Of a DNA stretch of 7,031 nucleotides, positions 1 through 6,776 are shown piece by piece. A program made the position numbers and the translations under genes. The stretch is taken from the IMG/VR virus record IMGVR_UViG_2693429623_000005, positions 1 through 7,031 of that record; one strand, 5' to 3'. This DNA is from a virus. Taxonomy: Duplodnaviria > Heunggongvirae > Uroviricota > Caudoviricetes. The stretch's first letter is position 1. Each line of letters starts with the position of its first letter. A model generated the notes under the pieces. That model searched no databases. It was not told where the DNA came from and saw nothing but the letters and a program-made list of their open reading frames with translations.

Positions 1-138
1 TGCAGAGGCGTTCGAGCATTATAACGAATGGCATCCGCATAGTGCACTGGGTTATCGCTCGCCACGGGAATATCTACGGCAGCAAGCCAGTAATGGGTTA
101 AGTGATAACAGGTGTCTGGAAATATAGGGGCAAATCCA
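1..138 (+). mobile_element. IS2-like (IS3 family) insertion sequence, transposase-proximal terminus only; body of element lies upstream of window
   Basis: 117..138 (tggaaatataggggcaaatcca) is the exact reverse complement of 7010..7031. Sequence upstream of it encodes a transposase C-terminus. The terminal sequence matches my recollection of the IS2 right inverted repeat (one mismatch at ~105). Confidence 0.85.
2..127 (+). CDS. insD: IS3-family DDE transposase OrfB, C-terminal 41 codons (5'-partial)
   Basis: Frame 2 reads [41 protein letters not shown] then stop at 125..127. The HYN..RPHS.LGY..P.EY motif is the conserved C-terminus of IS3-family transposases. Confidence 0.8.
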   Translation, partial: AEAFEHYNEWHPHSALGYRSPREYLRQQASNGLSDNRCLEI

Positions 139-246
139 GCGTTCATCAGCCCCCGCATTGCCGACAGGATCACAGACGGGGGGCGCAACTGGTTGTCGTT
201 CAACTGGCCCAGCTACCGTTCTTGTATCAGAGGTGTGGCTGCATGA
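139..246 (+). pseudogene. 3' remnant (35 codons) of the gene upstream of the helicase, probably the replication initiator, truncated by the IS
   Basis: Open frame from the IS junction (139) to TGA at 244..246, which overlaps the helicase ATG (ATGA coupling). Identity as an O-like initiator is inferred from position only. Confidence 0.35.
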
Positions 247-1634
247 CAACACCAGTCTGGCGTAATGATGACCTGGAAGGCGCTGTCATTGGCGCATTCT
301 TTCTGCGTGGGGCAGATCATGAAGTGATGGATATTCTGATCACACTACCGGCGGACATTTTTTCTGTACGAGCGTATCGGGATATCTACACAGGCATCTG
401 CAGACAGGCCCGTGTTTCAGGAGTGATTGACCCCGTGCTGTTGTGTAATGAGATGCCGGAACTTGCCCCGGTGATTACTGATACCGGGCGTAAAACCTGG
501 GTGAAGTCTTCACTGGAGCACTATGTTGCAGCGTTGCGGCGCAATGCCGCACTGCGCGATGCAGAAAAAACACTGAATGAGGCGCTGCAGAAATTACGTG
601 ATGCGCATACCTGTGAAGCAGCTGAAGATGCCCTGAAGGATGCGCAGAACATGATGGTCACACTGTCGACAGGAAAGGGCGTCATTCAGCCGGTACATAT
701 TGATGATGTGCTTCCGGAAGTGGTTGAGCGTGTTGAATGCCGGAATCAGGGGCTGGAGAAATCCAGGACGTTGATGACCGGTATTGATGAACTGGACGCA
801 AAAACAGGCGGTATGGAGCCCGGAGACCTGGTATTCATTGCCGCCCGTCCTTCGATGGGGAAAACCGAACTTGCGCTGGACATCATCGACAAGGTGACTG
901 AGCAGGGGCATGGTGTGCTTCTGTTCACCATGGAGATGGCGAACATCCAGATTGGTGAACGTATGGTGTCTGCGGCTGGAGGGATGCCAGTATCACGCCT
1001 GAAATCTGTGGCTCACTTTGAAGATGAAGACTGGGCGCGTTTCTCACAAGGGGTGGGGCGGATGACCGGGCGCAATATCTGGATGGTGGACCAGGCGAAC
1101 CTGACCATTGATGAGATATGCGCAACAACGAAACACCATCTGATTAAACATCCGGAAACGGCGCTGGTGGTGGTTGATTATCTCGGGCTGATAAAAACCC
1201 GAACCACGGGGCGTCATGACCTTGCCGTGGGTGAAATCTCAAAGGGGCTTAAAGGCCTGGCAAAATCCGGTGGTTTTCCGTTGATTGCGCTGAGCCAGCT
1301 CTCCCGCGGTGTGGAGTCCAGACCCAATAAACGTCCCATGAACTCAGACCTGAAAAATTCCGGAGAAATAGAGGCGGATGCAGACATCATTCTGATGCTT
1401 TACAGGGATGAAGTGTACAACCCGGATACACAGGCTACAGGCATAGCAGAAATTAATATCACGAAACAACGTAACGGTTCTCTGGGGACGATTTACCGGC
1501 GTTTTTATAACGGACATTTTCTGCCTGTGGACCAGGAAAGCGCACAGGTTCTTTCCACCCCAATGCGGCAGCCCCAGCCGCGCAGATACAGCAATACACG
1601 TACCGACAGCAGTAAGATGGAGCGTTTCTTTTGA
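243..1634 (+). CDS. DnaB-family replicative DNA helicase (phage-encoded, P22 gp12-like), 463 aa
   Basis: Walker A ARPSMGKT, Walker B LVVVDYLGL, and SQLSRGVESRPNKRPMNSDLKNSGEIEADADIILMLYRDEVY, which closely matches the DnaB C-terminal motor. N-terminal domain LEGAVIGAFFL is DnaB-like. ATG at 243 chosen over the GTG at 102 in the ORF track, which would run into the IS end. Confidence 0.93.
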   Translation: MTTPVWRNDDLEGAVIGAFFLRGADHEVMDILITLPADIFSVRAYRDIYTGICRQARVSGVIDPVLLCNEMPELAPVITDTGRKTWVKSSLEHYVAALRRNAALRDAEKTLNEALQKLRDAHTCEAAEDALKDAQNMMVTLSTGKGVIQPVHIDDVLPEVVERVECRNQGLEKSRTLMTGIDELDAKTGGMEPGDLVFIAARPSMGKTELALDIIDKVTEQGHGVLLFTMEMANIQIGERMVSAAGGMPVSRLKSVAHFEDEDWARFSQGVGRMTGRNIWMVDQANLTIDEICATTKHHLIKHPETALVVVDYLGLIKTRTTGRHDLAVGEISKGLKGLAKSGGFPLIALSQLSRGVESRPNKRPMNSDLKNSGEIEADADIILMLYRDEVYNPDTQATGIAEINITKQRNGSLGTIYRRFYNGHFLPVDQESAQVLSTPMRQPQPRRYSNTRTDSSKMERFF

Positions 1635-1888
1635 ACAACCAGACAATGACTTTTACCTCTGAACAATTGCGTAAACACGCGCAGGAAATGTTGCGACAGG
1701 CGGAACAACTGGAAAAAACAGGTGTAACAAAAGATGCCATTCGTCGGGATATGGTGCCAGCGCTCAGGGAACTGATGCAGGCGAAACATCGCGCACAAAA
1801 AGCGGTGGATGAGCTCGTTGATTGTGTGGCAGAGCTGGAAACCAAAGTTGGAAAGTTTGAAAAAATGGTGCAGGAGGTGCTGCGCTGA
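1631..1888 (+). CDS. hypothetical small protein, predicted helical/coiled-coil (85 aa from TTG at 1631; alternative ATG at 1646 gives 80 aa)
   Basis: ORF fills the helicase-rusA gap exactly. Its TTG overlaps the helicase TGA, and its stop overlaps the rusA ATG (TGATG). Heptad-like charged sequence. No family recognised. Confidence 0.5.
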   Translation: MNNQTMTFTSEQLRKHAQEMLRQAEQLEKTGVTKDAIRRDMVPALRELMQAKHRAQKAVDELVDCVAELETKVGKFEKMVQEVLR

Positions 1889-2259
1889 TGCGCCATGAGT
1901 TTATTTTACCTTATCCGCCGACGGTGAATACTTACTGGCGACGTCGTGGCAGCACATATTTTGTATCAAAAGTTGGTGAGCGTTATCGCCGTGATGTGAC
2001 GCTAATTGTTCGCCAGCAGCGGCTGAAATTAAACCTGTCCGGAAGGCTGGCGATAAAGATTATTGCAGAGCCACCGGATAAGCGCCGTCGTGACCTGGAC
2101 AATATCCTGAAAGCACCACTGGATGCGCTGACGCATGCCGGACTACTCATAGACGACGAGCAGTTTGATGAAATCAATATTGTGCGCGGTCAGCTCGTTC
2201 CTGGTGGGCGACTGGGCGTGAAGATTTATGAAATCACAGGTGATAACGATGGCGCGTGA
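1888..2259 (+). CDS. rusA: RusA-family Holliday junction resolvase, 123 aa
   Basis: [16 protein letters not shown] ... [30 protein letters not shown] ... [11 protein letters not shown] matches the E. coli RusA pattern including the acidic catalytic residues (RRDLDN, DD). Start is coupled to the upstream stop. Confidence 0.9.
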   Translation: MRHEFILPYPPTVNTYWRRRGSTYFVSKVGERYRRDVTLIVRQQRLKLNLSGRLAIKIIAEPPDKRRRDLDNILKAPLDALTHAGLLIDDEQFDEINIVRGQLVPGGRLGVKIYEITGDNDGA

Positions 2260-2635
2260 TATTCAGCAGGTTATGGAACGGTGGGGGGCTTGGGCTGCAA
2301 ACACTCATGAAGATGTATCCTGGGCGTCGATCGCTGCTGGTTTTAAAGGGTTAATTCCGTCGAAAGTGAAATCACGCCCTCAGTGTTCTGATGATGATGC
2401 AATGATAATTTGTGGCTGTATGGCCCGGTTGAACAAGAAAAATCAGGATTTGCACGATTTGCTGGTGGATTATTACGTAGGTGGAATGACTTTTATGAGT
2501 CTGGCACGGAAACATGGGTGTTCGGATACCTGTATTGGCAAGCGCCTGCAGAAAGCGGAAGGGGTTATTGATGGCATGTTGATGATGCTTGATATCCGGC
2601 TGGAGATGGACAGATACGTAGAACGAATTATGTAG
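2249..2635 (+). CDS. late-gene antiterminator Q, Q933/QuuD type, 128 aa
   Basis: [17 protein letters not shown] ... [20 protein letters not shown] ... [23 protein letters not shown] matches the small Q family of Stx phages and DLP12 QuuD as I recall it. Lies directly after rusA as in DLP12. ATG at 2249 has an AGGTGA RBS 5 nt upstream; the ORF-track start at 2228 is also possible. Confidence 0.7.
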   Translation: MARDIQQVMERWGAWAANTHEDVSWASIAAGFKGLIPSKVKSRPQCSDDDAMIICGCMARLNKKNQDLHDLLVDYYVGGMTFMSLARKHGCSDTCIGKRLQKAEGVIDGMLMMLDIRLEMDRYVERIM

Positions 2636-2639
2636 GTGC

Positions 2640-2669
2640 TTGACCAGACACATTGTCCGGGGCTATATT
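2640..2669 (+). promoter_or_regulatory. sigma70 promoter candidate immediately downstream of Q (PR'-like): TTGACC-18 bp-TATATT
   Basis: -35 TTGACC at 2640..2645 and -10 TATATT at 2664..2669, starting 5 bp after the Q stop. This is the position of the late promoter in lambdoid phages. Confidence 0.45.
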
Positions 2670-2730
2670 CCTCACGCGCCAGCAAAATCTGGCGTCGGGA
2701 TTGGAACCCCGGATAGAGACCGCGACAGAC

Positions 2731-2752
2731 ACACGCCGCGAGCGTGTTTTTT
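2731..2752 (+). terminator. intrinsic terminator candidate (tR'-like), about 80 nt downstream of the promoter at 2640
   Basis: Stem acacgc (2731..2736) / gcgtgt (2742..2747), loop cgcga, followed by a T-run (2748..2752) then att. Confidence 0.5.
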
Positions 2753-2880
2753 ATTGTCGTATGCACGCGCACATCTGAATTATGGTGGGGCGCATGGGGG
2801 AGCTGAAAAGCTCGCCGGTCGGTTTCCCGGTAGTTCCAACCCTGTGCGTCTCACCACCCGATGATTGGAACCTGACGGTG

Positions 2881-2909
2881 TTGACAGTTTCAGGTTTGCA
2901 GTTTACATT
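2881..2909 (+). promoter_or_regulatory. second sigma70 promoter candidate: TTGACA-17 bp-TACATT
   Basis: Perfect -35 TTGACA at 2881..2886, 17-bp spacer, -10 TACATT at 2904..2909. Confidence 0.35.
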
Positions 2910-2944
2910 TCCCCGCGGTGCTCAAAACACCTCGAAAGCGGTAT

Positions 2945-2972
2945 CCACACCCGATAGCCATGTGGTTTTTTT
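2945..2972 (+). terminator. weak intrinsic terminator candidate, about 55 nt downstream of the promoter at 2881
   Basis: 5-bp stem ccaca (2945..2949) / tgtgg (2961..2965) with an 11-nt loop, followed by seven T (2966..2972). Confidence 0.3.
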
Positions 2973-3115
2973 GTGTCCAGAATTCTTGGTTTATGACCGG
3001 GTGTGCGGCTAATACAATACCAGCAATGGAAATACGCCCGCCGACTTTCGACGGTTTTGAGCGCCCGGTCACCCTCTCAAAAGGGGTAAATCAAAATATT
3101 CGAAAGGACATGTCT

Positions 3116-3607
3116 ATGAATCGCACGTCTATTGAAAAACTCCCGTCACTTACGCATAACCATCTTCCTGTCATGACAACAGAGCTGCTGGCTGATTTGT
3201 ACGGAACAGAGCGCCAGCGTTTGACAAACAATTTCAATCGAAACAAAGAACGGTTTATAGAAGGTAAACATTTTTTCCTGATAGAAGGTGATGCGTTACG
3301 AGAGTTGAAGAACGAAAACTCTTTAAGAGTTTCTGTGAAAATTGCCCGTAACGTTCGCTCCCTCATCCTCTGGACAGAACGTGGCGCAGCCCGTCACGCC
3401 AAAATGCTCGAAACCGATCAGGCGTGGGAAGTGTTCGAAAAACTGGAAGACTGTTATTTCAACCAGAAACAGCCACCAGCGGCACAAAACACATCTATCG
3501 AAAATGATGGATGCGCATTACTGAGCCACTTCGATAAACACGGTCAGGTTGAGTTCACGGAAAAGGTACCCCGCCGATGCGATGGTATGTACTCTGGAAC
3601 GGTTTAA
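3116..3607 (+). CDS. ORF6N-domain protein (phage antirepressor-like DNA-binding protein), 163 aa
   Basis: PVMTTELLADLYGTERQRLTNNFNRNKERFIEGKHFFLIEGDALRELK ... LWTERGAARHAKMLETDQAWEVFEKLEDCYF fits the ORF6N pattern. AAAGGA RBS 7 nt before ATG 3116 (ATG 3110 also in frame). The ORF-track GTG start at 2918 is rejected. Confidence 0.7.
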   Translation: MNRTSIEKLPSLTHNHLPVMTTELLADLYGTERQRLTNNFNRNKERFIEGKHFFLIEGDALRELKNENSLRVSVKIARNVRSLILWTERGAARHAKMLETDQAWEVFEKLEDCYFNQKQPPAAQNTSIENDGCALLSHFDKHGQVEFTEKVPRRCDGMYSGTV

Positions 3608-3619
3608 ATTTTATCTGGA
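3582..3619. repeat. 38-bp perfect direct repeat R1, copy a (atggtatgtactctggaacggtttaaattttatctgga)
   Basis: Identical to 5533..5570. Overlaps the last 26 nt of the ORF6N gene. Confidence 0.9.
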
Positions 3620-3631
3620 AGGATTCTGAAG

Positions 3632-3919
3632 ATGAAAATCGAAGAATTGCGTGAAATTTTTAGTGAAAATGGCCTCTATGCTGTGCGCGTTGAGAATGGA
3701 GCGATTGTCAGCCATTGCCGCATTAGATGTTTGCAATCTCAACAAAGGAAGAGCGGTGCTGTGTTATTTTATTTTTGTAATGGACTTCTGACGGACGGTT
3801 TTATTTTGCGTGAGGACGAATTTGTCACATCATTACGGGTTTTGAAAGAGATTGGTTTTAAGGCTGGTTTTCTGCTTTTGCTGAAGAATAAACTCATCTA
3901 CAATCTTGAGCAGGATTGA
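3632..3919 (+). CDS. hypothetical protein, 95 aa, no family recognised
   Basis: ORF with an AAGGA-type RBS. No competing ORF on the minus strand. Confidence 0.55.
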   Translation: MKIEELREIFSENGLYAVRVENGAIVSHCRIRCLQSQQRKSGAVLFYFCNGLLTDGFILREDEFVTSLRVLKEIGFKAGFLLLLKNKLIYNLEQD

Positions 3920-3957
3920 ACTCCTGCTGTGTAACACCGTGCCACCGGAGAAAGCCG

Positions 3958-4557
3958 ATGGCACATATACAACTGGTCAAACAAACCTCTTCCGGATTAC
4001 TTCTCCCGGCGACGCCGGAGAGTTGCGATTTTCTGCATCAAATCAAAATAGGTGAGTGGATACACGCAGACTTTAAGCGTGTGTGTAACTACGCATTCCA
4101 CAAGCGTTTTTTCAAACTCCTGCAACTGGGTTTCGATTACTGGACTCCGGTCGGTGGGGCGATCACGCCTCGCGAACGAAAACTGGTGTCCGGTTTCGTT
4201 GATTACCTGTGTGAATCAGTAGGCCGGGAACATACGCCAGCTCTGAGCGAAGCCGCAGAGCAATATCTGAATACAGTTGCGACACGCAGAACCAGTGATA
4301 CGGCATTGCTAAAGTCGTTTGAGGCTTTCCGCGAGTGGGTAGCCATTCAGGCCGGATTTTACACCGAGCATTTTTATCCGGACGGTAGCCGTGGGTGTCG
4401 GGCGAAATCTATCGCGTTTGCGAATATGGACGAAACCGAGTTTCAGCAGGTTTATAAATCTGTTCTGAATGTGCTGTGGAACTGGATTCTGTTCCGTAAA
4501 TTTTCCTCTCCGGAACAAGTCGAAAATGTGGCCGCGCAGCTGCTGGAGTTTGCGTAA
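3958..4557 (+). CDS. lambdoid nin-region-type protein, DUF1367-like (about 200 aa), function unknown
   Basis: ATG 3958 with GGAG RBS (ORF-track TTG at 3916 possible). Stop TAA overlaps the next ATG (TAATG). Size and sequence fit my recollection of the DUF1367 family that sits next to YbcO-like genes; the family name is recalled, not searched. Confidence 0.65.
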   Translation: MAHIQLVKQTSSGLLLPATPESCDFLHQIKIGEWIHADFKRVCNYAFHKRFFKLLQLGFDYWTPVGGAITPRERKLVSGFVDYLCESVGREHTPALSEAAEQYLNTVATRRTSDTALLKSFEAFREWVAIQAGFYTEHFYPDGSRGCRAKSIAFANMDETEFQQVYKSVLNVLWNWILFRKFSSPEQVENVAAQLLEFA

Positions 4558-4847
4558 TGGTGGATTTACGTAAAGCGGCGCGGGGGCAGATGTGCACCGT
4601 CAGAATTCCTGGCTACTGCAATCACGATCCGGAAACGTCTGTGCTGGCGCATTACCGACTGGCGGGAACGTGCGGAACAGCGATAAAGCCACACGATATG
4701 CAGGCAGCGATTGCCTGTAGCTCGTGCCACGATTTAATCGACGGGCGGGTAAAAACCAGCGATTACACCAAAGAAGAATTACGCCTGATGCATGCAGAAG
4801 GTGTTTTTCGCACACAAGAAATCTGGAGAAAGGAGGGATATTTATGA
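4557..4847 (+). CDS. YbcO-like protein (DUF1364), putative Zn-binding nuclease, 96 aa
   Basis: MVDLRKAARGQMCTVRIPGYCNHDPETSVLAHYRLAGTCGTAIKP ... IACSSCHDLIDGR resembles DLP12 YbcO as I recall it, with a Cys-rich C-x7-C ... C-x2-C pattern. Coupled to neighbours on both sides. Confidence 0.7.
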   Translation: MVDLRKAARGQMCTVRIPGYCNHDPETSVLAHYRLAGTCGTAIKPHDMQAAIACSSCHDLIDGRVKTSDYTKEELRLMHAEGVFRTQEIWRKEGYL

Positions 4848-5398
4848 TTTACCCAACGAATACAGGAAAAAGCGGAGAACACCTTCGTCTCACCACGCTG
4901 GAAAGTGTCTGGATTCAGGGAAAACTACGTATGTGGGGGCGCTGGTCGTATATTGGTGGCGGTAAGACGGGGAATATGTTTAACCTGATGTTGACCTCTA
5001 AAAAGCTGACAAAAACGGCAATTAACGAGGCGCTCCGGAGGATGAAAAAAGCAGGTCTGAACAAGTCTGAACTTGAGGCTTTTTTGCGGGATATGATTAA
5101 CGGTAAGCAAAAGAGCTGGCTGGCGCATTGTACTGATGCAGAGGCGTTATGTATTGATCGGGTCATAAGTGAGGTGCTGGCAGAGCATCCAGGATTGATT
5201 AGCGTCCTTCGGCAACGGTATGAGGGGCGGGGGATGACCAAACGCAAAATGGCTGAACTGCTGAATGATGCACACCCGAAATGGAGTTTAAGAACCTGTG
5301 AAAGACGCATTGAGCATTGGCTAAAGGTGGCAGAATTTATTTTGTACAAACCAATGGTTATGGCTTTTGGTATAGAGAAAAAAGTTATTGCTTTTTGA
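4844..5398 (+). CDS. 184-aa protein with a C-terminal sigma70 region-4-like helix-turn-helix; candidate transcriptional regulator
   Basis: Strong RBS AGGAGGG (4831..4837) and ATG 4844 overlapping the upstream stop (ATGA). C-terminal VLRQRYEGRGMTKRKMAELLNDAHPKWSLRTCERRIEHWLKVAE resembles ECF-sigma/LuxR-type HTH. It is the last gene before the terminators and tRNAs, the usual place of Q. Confidence 0.65.
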   Translation: MIYPTNTGKSGEHLRLTTLESVWIQGKLRMWGRWSYIGGGKTGNMFNLMLTSKKLTKTAINEALRRMKKAGLNKSELEAFLRDMINGKQKSWLAHCTDAEALCIDRVISEVLAEHPGLISVLRQRYEGRGMTKRKMAELLNDAHPKWSLRTCERRIEHWLKVAEFILYKPMVMAFGIEKKVIAF

Positions 5399-5477
5399 CG
5401 TAAAAACTGCTTCAATTCTTGTACGCTTCGCAAAGCTGTACCGCGAGGCGAATAGCAGACATGGACATTTGAAAGAG

Positions 5478-5499
5478 CCCGCTTTATGCGGGTTTTTTT
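5478..5499 (+). terminator. intrinsic terminator T1
   Basis: Stem cccgc (5478..5482) / gcggg (5488..5492), loop tttat, then seven T (5493..5499). Lies 80 nt after the stop of the 184-aa gene. Confidence 0.6.
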
Positions 5500-5531
5500 A
5501 TACCTGAAAAACGGCACAGGACGTTAAACGT
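5488..5531. repeat. 44-bp perfect direct repeat R2, copy a (gcgggtttttttatacctgaaaaacggcacaggacgttaaacgt)
   Basis: Identical to 5721..5764. Comprises the 3' arm and T-run of a terminator plus a 32-bp tail. Confidence 0.9.
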
Positions 5532-5532
5532 A

Positions 5533-5570
5533 ATGGTATGTACTCTGGAACGGTTTAAATTTTATCTGGA
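5533..5570. repeat. R1, copy b
   Basis: Identical to 3582..3619. Begins 1 nt after the end of R2 copy a. Confidence 0.9.
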
Positions 5571-5631
5571 GCAACACGGGTGGATCGTTGCCCGTAAAGA
5601 GCAACTGGTGGAGCGGTTGATGCGGTTTTAA
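5533..5631 (+). CDS. possible 32-codon ORF starting at the ATG inside R1 copy b (MVCTLERFKFYLEQHGWIVARKEQLVERLMRF)
   Basis: Open frame only; weak RBS (AGGACG, 10-nt spacing). The same ATG in R1 copy a opens a 15-codon frame ending 2 nt before the 95-aa gene. Confidence 0.2.
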   Translation: MVCTLERFKFYLEQHGWIVARKEQLVERLMRF

Positions 5632-5706
5632 AAATTTTTTCCGAAAACTTTACGATCGTAAAAAGTTGAATATCCTGTTAAGAGTGGTTACTACGCCACA
5701 CAGCTT

Positions 5707-5732
5707 AAACCCGCCGATGAGCGGGTTTTTTT
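5707..5732 (+). terminator. intrinsic terminator T2
   Basis: 8-bp stem aaacccgc (5707..5714) / gcgggttt (5721..5728), loop cgatga, T-run 5726..5732. Confidence 0.65.
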
Positions 5733-5764
5733 ATACCTGAAAAACGGCACAGGACGTTAAACGT
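5721..5764. repeat. R2, copy b
   Basis: Identical to 5488..5531. Followed directly by GCTGGTGG (5765..5772). Confidence 0.9.
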
Positions 5765-5782
5765 GCTGGTGGTCAGATGAGT

Positions 5783-5811
5783 TTGCAGATGTGATGACAT
5801 ATGGTTATTAT
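5783..5811 (+). promoter_or_regulatory. sigma70 promoter candidate for the tRNA cluster: TTGCAG-17 bp-TATTAT
   Basis: -35 at 5783..5788, -10 at 5806..5811. Predicted start is 2 to 3 nt before the first tRNA. Confidence 0.4.
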
Positions 5812-5820
5812 TCTGCCTCC

Positions 5821-5897
5821 GGCCCTTTAGCTCAGTTGGTCAGAGCGAGCGACTCATAATCGCCAGGTCGCTGGTTCAAGTCCAGCAAGGGCCACCA
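5821..5897 (+). tRNA. tRNA with anticodon CAU, Ile2 (lysidine) type, ileZ/ileX-like; 77 nt with encoded CCA
   Basis: Cloverleaf folded by hand: acceptor ggccctt/aagggcc, D-stem gctc/gagc, anticodon loop cuCAUaa, T-loop ttcaagt. Overall close to E. coli ileX as recalled, hence Ile2 rather than Met. Confidence 0.85.
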
Positions 5898-5898
5898 A

Positions 5899-5975
5899 CC
5901 ACCACTAGCTCATCCGGATAGAGCATCAACCTTCTAAGTTGACGGTGCGAGGTTCGAGTCCTCGGTGGTGGGCCA
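5899..5975 (+). tRNA. tRNA-Arg (anticodon UCU), 77 nt with encoded CCA
   Basis: Acceptor ccaccac/gtggtgg (7 bp perfect), anticodon stem tcaac/gttga, loop cuUCUaa, T-stem cgagg/cctcg with loop ttcgagt. Confidence 0.8.
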
Positions 5976-5977
5976 GC

Positions 5978-6053
<76 letters not shown>

Positions 6054-6056
6054 TAT

Positions 6057-6131
<75 letters not shown>

Positions 6132-6745
6132 GCGAGATTTGAGACGAAGGTTGTTATTTGCACTGACACAATATTGTGTGGGAATGTCTGACTCCTTACC
6201 ATCTCCTGTTCTGTGATGTTGTTTTGTTGCAGTTCCAGTGCTCTTTTTTCAGCACCAGAATGGTGCATTGTCGGTCAGGTTACGTAGTGAACCTCTGGCA
6301 GGGGACTGATAATGCATCATTCTGGTGTTGTAAATATCTCTTCGGACAACTTACAAAATATTCTAAGCAAACCCCGGGAACACACTCTTAACTGCCTTGG
6401 CTGGCGGTTTTTTGTACAGCGCTCGGTATGTGTGAGCTGGAAATCAGATTTTGCATGGACTGGAATCATGCTGTTATTTAGGGGCGAAGAACTGGCTTTT
6501 TCTTCCGCCTTCTCACCAGTAACGATTAGAAAAATAATGAAATGCCCCCCTCCGGGGAGGAGGACCGTAGAAAAAAGGACCCGCCAGCAAAAACATTGGG
6601 GATGAACAGCTTTCGCTACTCAGATTGCTGGCGGGTAAAGTTCCTCATGAATTAAGAATGCTACGCGATCTTTTTTAATGGAAATGAAAATTATTGTCAA
6701 TTAGTCGTGCGTGTTTTTTCATACAATATTGGTAAAGGTGATTCA

Positions 6746-6776
6746 GGCCATCAGAGTTTTGCTGATGGCCTTTTTT
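6746..6776 (+). terminator. strong intrinsic terminator 36 bp upstream of the holin start
   Basis: Perfect 9-bp stem ggccatcag (6746..6754) / ctgatggcc (6762..6770), loop agttttg, T-run 6771..6776. Confidence 0.7.

Noticed and set aside
102-242. ORF-track extension of the helicase to a GTG at 102
   Set aside because: It would start inside the IS terminus. The DnaB-like N-terminal domain begins at ATG 243, which overlaps the stop of the upstream remnant.
52-252. 66-aa minus-strand ORF across the IS/prophage junction
   Set aside because: It spans two unrelated sequence modules and is antisense to the transposase C-terminus; a chance open frame.
594-1896. Several minus-strand ORFs (594..911, 746..946, 925..1128, 1344..1646, 1459..1896, 1505..1798)
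   Set aside because: All lie antisense inside the well-supported helicase and small-ORF genes; shadow ORFs.
2640-3115. Plus-strand ORFs 2640..2864 and 2782..3012, minus ORF 2890..3072, and the GTG extension 2918..3115 of the ORF6N gene
   Set aside because: They overlap the promoter/terminator candidates and lack an RBS. The ORF6N domain starts right after the ATG at 3116, which has a good RBS.
4915-5517. 200-aa minus-strand ORF antisense to the 184-aa gene
   Set aside because: The plus-strand gene has a strong AGGAGG RBS and is coupled to its upstream neighbour. The minus ORF would start inside the terminator/repeat region and has no RBS.
1163-5772. Chi octamers GCTGGTGG at 1163..1170 and 5765..5772 (plus strand), and CCACCAGC at 3473..3480
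   Set aside because: Three in 7 kb is within expectation for enterobacterial DNA; not evidence of a specific function.
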